From positions 5,692,206 through 5,756,205 of the forward strand of contig CM082587.2 in NCBI GenBank assembly GCA_040954595.2: a stretch of 64,000 nucleotides of DNA, in the 5' to 3' direction. A program made the position numbers and the translations under genes. The notes under the pieces are model-generated. The model saw only the letters and a program-made list of their open reading frames with translations. It did not search any database and had not been told where the DNA came from. Positions 51,760 to 64,000 of this stretch are shown in pieces (position 1 is the first letter of the stretch; each line of letters opens with the position of its first letter). This DNA comes from Balanoglossus misakiensis. Its lineage: Eukaryota > Animalia > Hemichordata.

Positions 51760-52974
51760 TTTTTTCCGACAAACTCTCATTGCAAGGTTAGGTTTCGTTT
51801 CCAATAGCCGTCTTCTGTTCTGAAAAGTATTATTATTATCGTCGAGCCGTTCCAGAAGATTTTTGAGGATCCAACAATAGCGGGTGTTGCCATTATTCAT
51901 TGGTATTAGGGACCGTTCAGTTTTTACGGCCAAGGGGGGGGGGGGCGGCAAGTTTGTGTCATCGGTTCTCAAAATCAGGCCGACCCCCCCCCCCCCTTCA
52001 CCCAGGACCAAAAAACGATGACCCCCCCCCCTTTGACAGACCCAAAAATATGATGACCCCCCCCCACGCCCAAAACATTCGCCGTCCTGATCCTATGTAC
52101 ACTGTATGCAATAAAGGGAATGAGGCTCCTCACACCTCAATTATATATTTCTTAAAGTATTGTTGAAGTATATAATAGCATATCGTTGCAATAAAGAAAT
52201 CTATGAACAAATTAAAATGACAAGTCAATCCAATAGTTGCTAGAATCGGTAAAACAAGAAAAGTGGCGGGGGTGTCCCCCTCCCACATAAGAAAATTTTG
52301 TAAAATACGGTGCTCAAAGTTGCAATTTAATGAACTCAAAAGCAAATTATCTCAATGTTTGGGAGGACCAATTTTACTTTTTGCCACTCCACTCAAAGTT
52401 AGAATTTGGCGTCATCTTGTCATTAAAACTTCTAGTATATAGAAGATGCAGCGCGAAACTATCAGTTATGCAAAATGGTTTAAACAATTATTCTCCTTTA
52501 TGTTTTCACTTTGTTAAATATTATCATCGGTGGGGTTGGGGTGGCAAGCACTCTGCCCTGGTACACTAGACAAACCAGCAAAAAATGAAATGTGGCGGAG
52601 AATGAAGGGGCTGGGTGTGGGCGTTAGAAAATTTTGTAAAATAAAGGGTGCGAAACTGCAATTTTGTGGACTCAAAAGCAAAAGTTCGGTGGCAAAAGTA
52701 TGTGACCCCCCCTAAACGTTTAAAAAAAACAGATGACCCCCCCCCCCCCTTGTGGACTTCAAAATTTAAGTGACCCCCCCCCCTGGATTTTGCCGCCCCC
52801 CCGGCCGTAAAAACTGAACGGTCCCTAATACCATTGAATAATGGCAACACCCGCTATTGTTGGATCCTCAAAAATCTTCTGGAACGGCTCGACGATAATA
52901 ATAATACTTTTCAGAACAGAAGACGGCTATTGGAAACGAAACCTGACCTTGCAATGAGAGTTCGTCGGAAAAAA
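51760..52974. repeat. ~145-bp near-perfect inverted repeat arms (51760-51908 and 52826-52974) flanking the MITE
   Basis: The arms differ at about 3 positions by eye. The ORF track shows the same peptide, MNNGNTRYCWILKNLLERLDDNNNTFQNRRRLLETKP, on both strands. Confidence 0.92.
51909..52825. mobile_element. Non-autonomous TIR element (MITE, PIF/Harbinger-like termini), 917 bp
   Basis: Perfect 23-bp TIR GGGACCGTTCAGTTTTTACGGCC, extended by a G-run and GCGGCAA; repeated subterminal GACCCCCCC motifs; no ORF of note. The superfamily assignment is inference. Confidence 0.8.
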
Positions 52975-53025
52975 AAAACGTTTGGAGGAATAGAGTGTCT
53001 CGGTAGATGTCTACATTACAATGCT

Positions 53026-55172
53026 ATGGGTCTTCAGGTACTTTCCCCCAGTCGTCCCACAATGCAACACGGTTTTCAAGATGGTGGTTAATACAGCTTT
53101 GTAATGTAGGTCATTTTGAAAAAGGACTACTAGAACGGGAATGTTTGAAGTTGATGCACTGCGTATTGTACTCCGAACGATACCACTCTTAGCGCCGTTG
53201 CTATGGAAGCTGTTGTGAGGAAAAGTAAATGCCACAAAAACGTGAGTTGACCTTATCTCTTTTTGTCATTTGCACTGGTCTGTTGCCAACAGAGAAGGGT
53301 GATACAAGACAGTAATACAGATATGTCCGCCATTTCACAACAACACACGGCCACAGCCCTCCCTCTTGTGATGCAGAGACTGTGACACAGCCAAGCTATG
53401 GCATGGCTACTGACCCGCAGCAAAATCGAAATGATATTCGAATGAATTATTCAAGTATGTTCCGATATATTTGCGGCGAATATCCTTTCGAGTTTGATTC
53501 TACATTGAGTGCAACTGAGGTCAACATTTTCAAAGCAACTGCAAATCAATTGTTTTGTGTGGAATAGGGATGCTAGTCCTGCCATTCCATGTGATTGTCA
53601 AAATATAACATCCTGATACACGTGTCATTACCTTCTGAGCAGGACTGTCATACAATTTTCTTACAGATCACAAATTGTTGTACAACCAGACTGTTTGGCC
53701 AAGACCAGGCGCCAAACAAACCAGTTGTGGGATGCAGGCTGTTACTTCTATCGTGTTTCTTATTATTGGCAATAGCGGGGACACTGCCTTGGAACTCTAG
53801 CATGGAAACAGCACCAGGATGGTATATTCCAGCGCATAAGAATGTAACACGGGACCATTTCAATGGAAATTCGCTGAACTGGTCTTTGGTTGAGGAGAAC
53901 GTGAACGCTTATAAGTCACGTGCACTCGACGTGGAGTCTGACTTGAAAGCTTTGATGGGCAAGTGGAACGTGAACGAAGGGATGGTGGATCGAGCGTTGG
54001 TTCGCGTGACGTCAACTGAAATAATCAGCCGAAAGTTTCTGGAGGCGATAATCAACGGCAAAGAGCTGGTTATCGGTATAGCCGGCGGGTCCATATCGAC
54101 CGCAACGGCCGTCGGCAAACGGCACCTCTACGTCACCACACTGGCCGACATGCTGCGCAAGTTACTCGGCACCGACGTCACCGTACAAAATGCCGCCGTA
54201 GGGGCGACGCCCACGACCTTCGCCCTCTACTGCCTGGACGAGTACCTCGATCTCGAGCGCGTGGACATCCTGCTCTGGGAGTTTGCCGTCAATGATTTCT
54301 CGATGGATGTCGGGTGCTCACCACAGGACGCGTTCACGAGGAAAATGAAACAACACCGCAGTCTCCAGCTCGTGTACGTTAACCTCTTTTTGGGCAGAAA
54401 TCTGAGGTCCAAAAAATGCAGAAACAATGGCTATATTTGCAGCAGGCCATTGAGTGAACAACACGACATACCTTCTCTTAATCTTGGAAACGTCGTCTGT
54501 GACTTGGTCAACGGTGGCGATTACAAAGATTTTGTAAGTCCCTTAGATGGAAACCACCCAAGCATAAAAGTACATGACATGGTGGCCTTAATTTTAATGC
54601 GACTTTTTATAAGCGCTTTCGATCAGAAAATGTTTCATTTGGAAAACATGATCAAAACTAGAAATGCAAGTCTTAATTTCCAAACTCTCCTGTCTCCAGT
54701 AACGGATGTAACGGAACATCCTCGATCTCAAAACAGCACTATGAAATCATTCTGTTATTCAACGTCCTTGGCCGAAACAGACAACAGGCGCCCATTGAAA
54801 CCAATACTAAATCAAAATTGGAAACTTACAACGCAAAATAATACATTGCTCCGTGTGGACAAAAAGCAGTACTGGGCCTCTCAAGAACCAAATAGTACCA
54901 TTGTATTCCGAATTAACATTGATGACACTGAAAACAGCAGATACCAATTGAAAATCGTGAGCTTGGCTTGTAAGACATGCGGCGAGGTATACGTTTGGCT
55001 GGATGCAGACGTGGAAAACAAAACACTGTTGTCGACAGGGTTTACATTTGGGTTCTGTAGAATCTATCCGGTTATGGATGGAGTGAAAACAGGCAACCAC
55101 ACAGTCAGTATCCAGGCAACTGCAGGAACTGTCCAAATAGTTGCCGTAATCGCCGTAAATGAACAAAAATAA
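53026..55172 (+). CDS. SGNH/GDSL hydrolase-like protein with an N-terminal membrane anchor (putative carbohydrate esterase or O-acetyltransferase)
   Basis: Main exon 53667-55172 follows a tttcttacag acceptor. A tentative first coding exon ATGGGTCTTCAG at 53026-53037 joins it in phase 0. Hydrophobic segment LLLLSCFLLLAIAGTLPW; SGNH blocks GIAGGSIS, QNAAVGAT, DILLWEFAVND and DGNHP; beta-rich C-terminal domain. Confidence 0.8.
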
Positions 55173-58100
55173 TCACTGTTGTACGGCTATACCTTAGCAA
55201 GTTAAAATTTTATTGTTTTTCTGTACAAGCATATTTTGTAAATTCCATTAATCGCATCAAAGAATTCACTATAAAATTTTTCATTAAAATTTGAAATAGG
55301 TTCATTGAGACTGATAAAATGTATTGTAGTCGATCGAAATATCTATCTATATACAAGGAACTATATACAGGAAATGGACAAAAAGACTAACATACTGGCT
55401 CATTCACTTGTTCAGCATGGACTTATAATAGAAATGATGATACAGGACCTATCGGTATCACATCTGACTAAATTTGGAGCAGTCATTCTGGGTGTTTAAC
55501 CATCTGGACATGATACTCTCCGTTGACAAAATATAATATTCGCAGAAAGGACACATAACTCGATTCTTCACGACACCCAGTTACCGTGTTGTCGCTTTGG
55601 AAATCTACGCCTGGGACATGAAAATACATCACAGCGCAAATGCGGACAAATACCATTAATCAGAACTGACTACCAATTGGACTATTGCTACTGTTTGCTA
55701 ATACTTCAAAGTCAACTTTCGTCGAATAACATAAGATACACTGCAGGATCAGCAGCAGCAGCCAAACATTATTATCAACGACCTAATAAGTAATTCAACA
55801 ATGAACTTACTTTATAATTATCACTGTCTAAGCTAACAGCTGGACACTATGAGCTTAAGTGTGAATTTCAGAAGCTTGCGGACCATGGGATGTTATCTCA
55901 CACATATGAATGTGAATGAATATTCATCACATACAATTTTGAAGTATTTTTATCTACTGCGATTTGTAACTTGGAGAGCATTTGATGAGATCTTTACAAA
56001 ATGTAGTGCTACGAGGAGAATCATTAGAAATTATTCATGTAGTAGAATTGACCAAAGGGACAAAATACACATTGGCTGTAAATGCACAATTTACTCAGTG
56101 TATAAAACTTGAATTTATGTGGATTCCACTAAATCAAATGTGTATAGAATTTGAAAGGCGGTCTAAACTTGACTGAAGTAAGAACTTTCGAAAATTCACG
56201 CTTAGTAAACTGTGTAGAGTTCATTCATAACAAGTGTATTGACCTGGTAAAGAATATATCATGTTTAAAGTGATCATTCACACATTAACAAAAGATATGT
56301 TCATGTTATATTGAAATTACCGATATTATCTCAGAGTCATTGTTTTGCTCTTAAACTCTTCTGTAAAATCAGTGAGACTGAAGAAAATACTAAAGAAATT
56401 AACAAATGAAAATAATTAAACATATTTGCATCACCTCTCGGGACAAATAAATTACATGAATAGCTGGTATATTAAAATAAAGAAATAACGAGACAGCATA
56501 ACAGCTTATTCTATTGCTTGTAAGTTGTACACATAATTTCTGTAATCTTTTTAAAAAAATGTGACTTTTGTCAAATATGAACACTCGCATTCATGTATGA
56601 AATAGGCTTGTCATGTGACACAAGGTCATTGTGTTCAAAATGGACGGCAGATAAGTTAAAATGGTGTTCATTTGCACAAAAATTCACAGGACACGATTTT
56701 CTCTCTCTCAAAAGTCGGATGGCATGATATGTTGTTGCAGCGGCACATTCTGGTGACTTCAACTGTCTGCTGTCACAGTGTGTGTGTTAGCTTTGGCCTT
56801 GGCTGCATTCAGTTGGACGGATCTGCAATAGGGAGTAAAAGTGAGTTATATTATTAAACCGTGCAAAAAGAACATTTCTGCACCATCAAAGTCGAGAACA
56901 AATGTAGCCCTTTATTCGAGTTATTTATGCTATGTCATGTAGATGTGCACCCATCAGCTGTATTTGATGAAAATTTGAGGTCAATCGATCAAGCTGTTGG
57001 GAGGAATTACACGTGACCACAAGTGCAGATGCATCGCAAAGGTGTAAAATGTATTAAACACACTGATTCTTTTGTCCATAATTATCAAAGCTGGAGTTGC
57101 TAAACCCTCTCCTTTCACACTGGCGAGAGTGTCATTAAAGGAATTTAAACGTACTGCAGACAATGGCTTGTTCTGCACAGTTACCCAACAGCTTTGACAA
57201 TTATAGACCACGGGTGATGTTAACCTGCAGTTTACAGATTCACTACTGGAAACAAAAGTTAGAGTGCAAACGTGTGGGAATGTGTTCAGTAGCCGAAATT
57301 ACTTCTGAAAAATCACAAGGAGACACAGTGGATGTACACATACATCAGCAAAGAAGTCCATATTGTCACGCAATAAGATCACACTCACAATGCCATACCA
57401 CGTATTACAGATGGTGTAACTACAACCATATGGGCAGGATGTCTCTATCTCTTTACAGACTATGAATACACACGCAATTGTGCATATAATCATCTGGAAT
57501 TATGCATACTTATAAATTTACAATGATCTGAAATGATTAGGCTGAAAACATTTAGTTTTTTTTTAAACTCCCGTCATTAAGGTTTTCTTTGATAATCACA
57601 GAGCAGAGCAGTGAATAATCAAAGTTACAAGTATTTTTGTAAATAAAGAGCAAAATCAAGCCAGGACAACAGCACAAACATATGACACTTAGATAACTAT
57701 CAAAACTTGATTCCAACCCATCAATAACATTCTACCAAAATAAGGTTACCCTTACTGTTTGTTTAAAACCATGGTCAAATGACTTCTGATATCCACAATT
57801 GGCAAAAGGGGAAACGCAGGCATTTTGATGGGGAAAAAAATAAAATCGAGTTACAAATTCTGGCTCCTTTATAGGAAGACAAATCACATGACAAATATCT
57901 GTCATTAATCAATGTAAACTAATATATTCAATCAAATTTATCCATTCACGACATTACAAGCAACTTCTTGCACAAGTATAAAATATTAATTACTAAGCCT
58001 TTTTTTTACACAGTAATGGCATTTGGGGGGAAAAATGATGGAATGTTTGTAATCTTATATATCATTTAGCTGTGATTGAAATATTTTTTTTCTTTCTTCT

Positions 58101-58907
58101 GTTCATTGCAATTTATTGCAATCAATGTAAAATAAATTATATTATACTGGTATTGTATAAATCTCACATATGAGATGAAATTTGGGAACAGACACAACAC
58201 GGCCACGTGACAACTTCAAATGCCCAAGTTGAAACAGACTCCCAGCGGTCATGATTCAGAAAGCTTGGGTTCAAATGCGAGCAATTTTTAATACACAGCA
58301 TAATCAACGTCAAACTCGGCAGTAAGGGGTCAAACCAGGGTAGGATTCTGAGACTTCTAAAGGGGTGCAGAAGGAGTGCCACGCACCACAAATATCTTGC
58401 TGACCAGAAACAAACCACTCCAAACCCATTTTAGTTGATTTCGTACTCAAGAATACCGACCTGGAAGTTTATCTAAATGCACTCTCTTTTTACCCATGCC
58501 CGGCGGCGCCGCAATTGTGTCATATATGAAGGTTTTGTTGTACAGGAAGTTTCTATGATTTGATGACAGTATTGAACTAAGTCTATATGAGATGGGAGAA
58601 AATGACAGGAACTCAGTTTAATTAACGACGTCATCTGATCATCATCCTTTCAAGTGAAACAGCAAAACCGTGTTAAAGTAGAAACCCACACATATGAGCA
58701 ATCACACCATCTAAATAACTCTCAAATGCTTTATACCCTCATCACAGCAGCTTTTTCACTCTCGAACTTTGGTTCAACCCATTGTTTTTCTACGTGATCG
58801 GTTGTCCCATAAACAGGGCAAAGGGGTGGAAGGGTTCAACCTGTTAATGCACTCGGAAACATTAATCGGTGCATTTATCGGTGTATGCCAAGTTGTTCAC
58901 AGTTAAC

Positions 58908-61900
58908 TTACGGTTTGGTTGATTTCATGTGGGTGTATCTCATGGTGGCCTTGCCGGAATCATGACTCGACGGCACCTCTTGCGGGTGGGAATGGGACGT
59001 GCCGGCCTCGTTTCCCTGCCCGCAGGTGTTGCACGCATCCCCTCTGTGGGAGGACGGGATACGAGAAAGCTCTTCCAGTTTTCGCACATATGCACCTAGG
59101 ATAGAAATTTCAACTATTAGCCGTGTCAACTTGCAAACAGAACAAAAGGATAAGAGAGACAGACAAGTTCCCTGGCCGATTTGACTTTTCAATTCAATCC
59201 ACCAATTTTTCATTATTTAATTCTGACATACAGTAATCATGGAAAATCCAACATTTTCGTGTATAAAGTTTTCAACAAAGTTTCTCTCAAAAAGAAAATA
59301 GATACATCTATTTTATTATAACTTTCTATTCTGATTTAAATGACAGAGATCCCCAAACCATGTCTCCCCTTATATTAAATCCGATACCATAAAACTACAG
59401 GTACGTATGATGTATCCTTAAACCATCCAAAAATATAATTTTTACTTGTGAAATATTGATATAAAGGTAAAATCTTTCTCCAAGGTTTTAAAAAAAATGA
59501 AAAGATATGATTTATCTTTATAATGGACATGACACATTATGGGTTCCGGGAGAAATTTTAAAAATTATCTTATAGTTTGAACAGTCTGTGTATTTGTGTT
59601 CCTTGAAGTTACATGCATACACATGCATCTGAGGTTTGCATGCACAGAATATCATTTACCACGATAAAAACAACAACTTTTTTTCTCCAACACACTGAAT
59701 TCAGCTTTCTTGAGTTTCAAGAATTGGTAGTGGCATGCCCGACTGGCCCCAGCGAGAGACCCAAAACCTGTGATTTCTCTTGGCAATTTATTAAGATATA
59801 TAGTTTTCTTAATAGACAAAGTACGTTGATCAAAAGCAATCATTCTAGTTTGAGCAGAAATTTTGCTGAAACTTGCACCCCATCAATAAGATCTGCATCC
59901 ACTGCACGAATGTGCTTCAACTGGTGCATTCGTGGGTGTGCTGGTTGTTGTGAACTTTCAACTTTGACCTCAGGGTGCACCATCACCTCTCACATGCAGA
60001 ATAAGTGGCACGTTTAACCACAAACTGGACAGACGCGAGTATGAAGAGCTACGCAAAGCAGTACTAAAAGCAATGTTAGCAGATGAGCCATGGTCAGTGT
60101 CAACACAAACAAAACATTAATGTGATCAGTTTTATATTGAAAAATTCTGCCACAATGCACCACCACTTTTTAGTATGCATGTTACAACCACCCTTTAGTA
60201 CCATTTATTTTTTGACACTTGTTATTTTGAAGGAGCTTACGTTTAACAGTGGTGAGATTGGGCGGTCGTTTAACTTCACTTCCGGGACCTGGAGAGAATA
60301 TTGCACCACACAAAAATCAACACAGACTGTACAATACAACATGTATAACAGTACAAAGGTTCTTGCAAATAAGCAAAGCTTATGAACAGACATGTTGGAA
60401 AAAAAGCAAAATATAAAAGTAACACAAAAAGCTTTTGTTTACACTCAAACTAATTTCTTTCTGGGCATCACACAAACCGTTAACTCTCTCACCCCCAGTC
60501 CTCTCTATAAAGGTCCAACTTTACCATAGAAAACAATAGATTTGGACCAAACCATGGTGGTGAAAGGGTCAAATCAATGTCTTAGGTTACTTTTATGCCA
60601 CAGGTATACAAGTACATGTAGAAATAACCAAATGAAAAATAATTAAATACACTGGATCTTGGTGCATAGGGTTAGTTAGTCACTGTAGGTCCAAATATCT
60701 CTCTAGACATTTCTGTACTTACTTTTATCGTAGAGGTTAGCCATGGTGTTGCCACGGTGTAGAGGGGGGCCAGGCATGTTGAGAGGTTGTGTGCGGTACT
60801 GCATGGGTATGAACTGGCTCTTGTTCGTCAGGGCCTGTCTGGAGGACGGAAAGTCCGGCGCATACTGAATGTTGTGGGCTGCATGCATCTGACCTGGGCT
60901 GAACTGCACCGGTAACTTGGCCAAGGCTTTCTTTGTAATCGGCCTGTGAAGAACAAGAAGAGGATTGGTTTCGTTTTAGATAATGAGTAACTGCTGCAGT
61001 TATCTCTTACAGGGAGTAATGTTAGCTGTCTGTCTGTTATACATTATCAGGTAACGGTAACTGAAACCAGCTACATCTAATCATAAATTCAACTATGGGA
61101 ATTAATTGTACTGTATTGTATTGTACATGTATTTGCACTTATTTGAAAATGGTCCCAACTGTGTTATCTCCAGAATATATTTGTTTTCTGTTCTCAAAAT
61201 GGTTCAATAAAAGCGTGGGGAGGAATGCAGGGTGGCTAGACCCTGAAAATATTAACCCTTTCACCCCCAGTTCCCTGTTTAGTGGTCCAACCTTACCATA
61301 GACAACAATTGGTTTTGGACTGAACCATGGAGGTGAAAGGGTCAAGTCTATACCCCCACAAGATGAGAATCAAAGAACAGAGTGACTTGTACAAGAATCC
61401 GGATATTAAGTTGATAATACCAATTCCAGTGAAGAGACAGAGAGTAAATCACCGAAAAATTAGAGAGAAAAACTGTGTGTTTACTTCAAGATTTACCATA
61501 CCTGTGGCTATTTATAAAGGCACTAGCTCTCTGGTAGAAGGAAGGTGGGTCCATGCTACTACTTTTGATGGGTAGATTATGGTCTGTTGCTATGTGTCTG
61601 TAGACAAGGGTATCATACAACAATCACACAAAATAAAAGATATTATTGAAATAAAAATGACGAACAGAAATAACAGTAAAACAACTTAAAAGTAACTTTG
61701 GTGACTGAAGTGCATGGGTCAGTGACAGAAATTAAAAGAAAAAAATGTCAATATCTGATTATTGTTTTTATAAGGGTGAAAACTTAGCACAAAAATGAAA
61801 ATCAACAGAAAGTAAATTGATGAAATGAATTTAAATTTAACCAGCAATATGAAAGGCTCAGGAAACTTCTGAGTGAAATGACCTGGCACTTACCGACTTT

Positions 61901-64000
61901 GTCCCAATTTAGGAGACTTGTGATATGACCTCTTCAAAGCTGAAAGACTTTTAGATATATCAGATTCTTGAAATCTATGGAAAAAACAACAACATATTTG
62001 TTGAATGCAGGATTTGTTGAATGCTTATTTTGTCCATTTTACAAACTTTTACCACGGAATTCTTTTTACCAGCACCAAACGGCAAACTGGCAACATCGTA
62101 TTTCTTTCATGCCAGCAACGCGTTATCTCTAAAATTGTAACAACGTCACAATGTACTAGACAAAGAGGCGTCCCCCATCCCAATTGCGCAGTTGAAGTAC
62201 GTGCGTGTTGAGAGAGAGACGTGAACAGAAAGGGGTAGGAGACTGACTTGAACACGGACGACGAGAGTTGTTTAGCGTGTCGAACGCTGCTCTACGAAGC
62301 TCGTAGTTACCTACTGACCGGGACATTTGCGCTTGAACGGACTGGGTTCCTCCCGATTGCCGCACGCCGGCGGGTATGAAAGTGTAGGCTAAGACGTCGA
62401 TCCACCGGCCGGCTGCACTGTTCCCAACATTACCAGCTCCACGCCACTTTGAGCTGCACCGCGGTCGGATATCCCACCCCGGCTGCCGGACAGCATATGA
62501 AGGTGTCTGAGGCCTTTTCTAGTCAAAACTTTGGGGTTTTCGGAATGGGAAATAGCGGAACAAGAACATGGATACATGTATATACTAAATCATGAACGCC
62601 AAACAAACACGTTGAAAAAGCCAGATCTGAAAAATTCATGTGGCGTCCGCCGCTGGGCGCATTGACGCGTCAACGTTTTTTTCAAACAACGTAACCTGTC
62701 ACGATTGCTGCCACAAACAACAAGTTCGTGCGTAGGTCGAGAAAGTTCTCAAGCGGCCGGGTGATCGCGGCAAGGTTAGCGGCGGCCTCGCACGCCCGAA
62801 TTTGCCACAAAACTATCAGTCCACACAGCAATGCCGTTCAAACTCTTCCGTCGTATTTATTTCAACACAAATTCAGAATACAACACGGCAGTTTGGTACG
62901 TCGTCTCTATCCTACACTGCTAATTCTCATCTCAATCTCTAAAAAAGTTCAACAGACGGGATACACTGCAACCCGCGGCACTAGGAACGGCAAAATTCAC
63001 GTCTCTGCTTCACAGGAATCTACCGACCTGAAGTGGGAGGAACCCAGTCCGTTCAAGTACAAATGTCCCGGTAAGAAGGTAACTACGAGCTTCCTAGAGC
63101 AGCGTTCGAGTCGACACGTCTCTCTCAACACGTACGTACTTCAACTGCGCAATAGGGATGGGGGGGGCGCCTCTTTGTCTACTAAATTGTGACGTTGTTA
63201 CAATTTTAGAGATAACGTGTCGGGCCCCCTCAAAGAAAGCCGGTGGCCCCCTCAAAGAAAGCCGGTGTTGCTAGTTTGGCATTCGTTGCTAGTAAAAAGA
63301 ATTTTGTAGTAATCATTCATAGAACAGTAACTGATGAGGAACTCACTTTGTGTCCTGGTGCCATGACGATGGCTCTTGCAGGGGGTGCAGACCGGTGGCC
63401 AGCTGTACTTCGTATTCCGCGGGCAATGAATGCGTCAGAACCCCCCTGTCTTCAATCCTGAACAGCTCCTCCTCGTACACTGGGTACGGGGAGATCGTGC
63501 GACTTTCGTGGTATCGCCGCGGCGACACCGACCCGTCCTCGAACTTCTTCGGACTCCGTGAATTCCGGTGGTTCCTTGCCGGCGTCAGCCTCCCGGAATC
63601 GGAGATCGTTTCCGAGGATCTACCGTGTACCTGAACGTGTTTCGCGTCGGTCTGCGAGCTCTGTCGGGACAAGTCTTTTCTCTCGGGGACAGAGTTTTTC
63701 CGTTGCAGTTCCCGCCTTTCCACGACGCTTTTGGCACCCGCGCTCTCCCCGCCGTGCTGTAGAGATGTCCGGGACGCGGTGATGAGTTTGGAAGCGTCTT
63801 TTTGCCTTTCCGAGGGCCCATCCTTCATGCTGGCCACGGGCAACACTTTCTTCTTCTCCCCCGGCTTCTCCGCGACTCTCCTCCTCTCGCCTTCCGACTT
63901 TTCCGGCTTCCTCCGCGCCGTGCTCCGCGCGCTTTTCGGACTGGCGCCGCCGCCTTCGTCCGGATCCGAGCGCGGCTCCTTGGAATAGTTCCTTGAATCG
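58908..64000 (-). CDS. 3' portion of an unidentified gene encoding a low-complexity Ser/Arg/Lys-rich region, truncated by the window edge
   Basis: GC-rich frame open from the window edge to a GTGAGT donor (exon 63347 to beyond 64000), then phase-compatible exons 60723-60943 (KPITKKALAKLPVQFSPGQ...) and 58912-59095 (SAYVRKLEELSRIP...). The last either ends at TAA 58908-58910 or splices onward. No recognisable domain. Confidence 0.6.
60480..60572. mobile_element. ~90-bp piggyBac-like miniature element, copy 1
   Basis: ttaactctctcacccccagt...ggtccaactttaccatagaaaacaat...ttggac...aaccatggtggtgaaagggtcaa; related to 61252-61345. Confidence 0.7.
61252..61345. mobile_element. ~90-bp piggyBac-like miniature element, copy 2
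   Basis: TTAA-CCCTTTCACC ... GGTGAAAGGG-TCAA (10-bp TIR, degenerate TTAA). Diverged copies lie at about 22-115, 16370-16418 (reverse) and 58755-58840 (reverse). Confidence 0.75.
62050..63311. mobile_element. ~1.26-kb foldback-type element with long imperfect TIRs (about 270-300 bp)
   Basis: 62050-62355 is the reverse complement of 63036-63311 (for example gttatctctaaaattgtaacaacgtcacaat versus attgtgacgttgttacaattttagagataac, and ttgaacggactgggttcctccc versus gggaggaacccagtccgttcaa). No transposase. Confidence 0.8.

Noticed and set aside
51673-53091. Two near-identical MNNGNTRYCW... peptides as duplicated small genes
   Set aside because: They arise from the inverted repeat arms and have no independent coding evidence.
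60014-60024. Alternative terminal mini-exon (ICG*) for the right-hand gene
   Set aside because: The acceptor is plausible and the phase fits, but 11 coding nt are too few to support without RNA data.
1-64000. CRISPR arrays, operons, rRNA/tRNA genes or autonomous transposase/RT genes
   Set aside because: The DNA is spliced eukaryotic sequence. I saw no repeat-spacer arrays, structural RNA signatures or transposase/RT motifs, though small ncRNAs could be missed by eye.

Overview
This is eukaryotic (animal) genomic DNA with GT-AG introns, AT-rich introns and GC-richer exons. The gene set suggests a non-vertebrate marine animal, possibly a deuterostome (inference only). Six genes can be built by hand from splice sites. 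(1) Whirlin (WHRN) on the minus strand, 2671-19030, with HHD1-PDZ1-PDZ2-HHD2-linker-PDZ3 and a phase-consistent short isoform lacking PDZ3. (2) AKNA on the plus strand, 29019-39067, divergent from whirlin; the same two genes are neighbours in human. (3) A single-coding-exon TRIM-NHL gene, 43913-46294. (4) A 7-exon flavin-containing monooxygenase with an atypical NADPH motif, 48008-51210. (5) A membrane-anchored SGNH-hydrolase-like gene, about 53026-55172. (6) The 3' part of an unidentified minus-strand gene running off the right edge. Several non-autonomous DNA-transposon-like elements are present, including a MITE at 51909-52825 flanked by a near-perfect ~145-bp inverted duplication. I saw no rRNA, tRNA, CRISPR array or transposase ORF. 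No database searches were run; gene names rest on recalled motif similarity.
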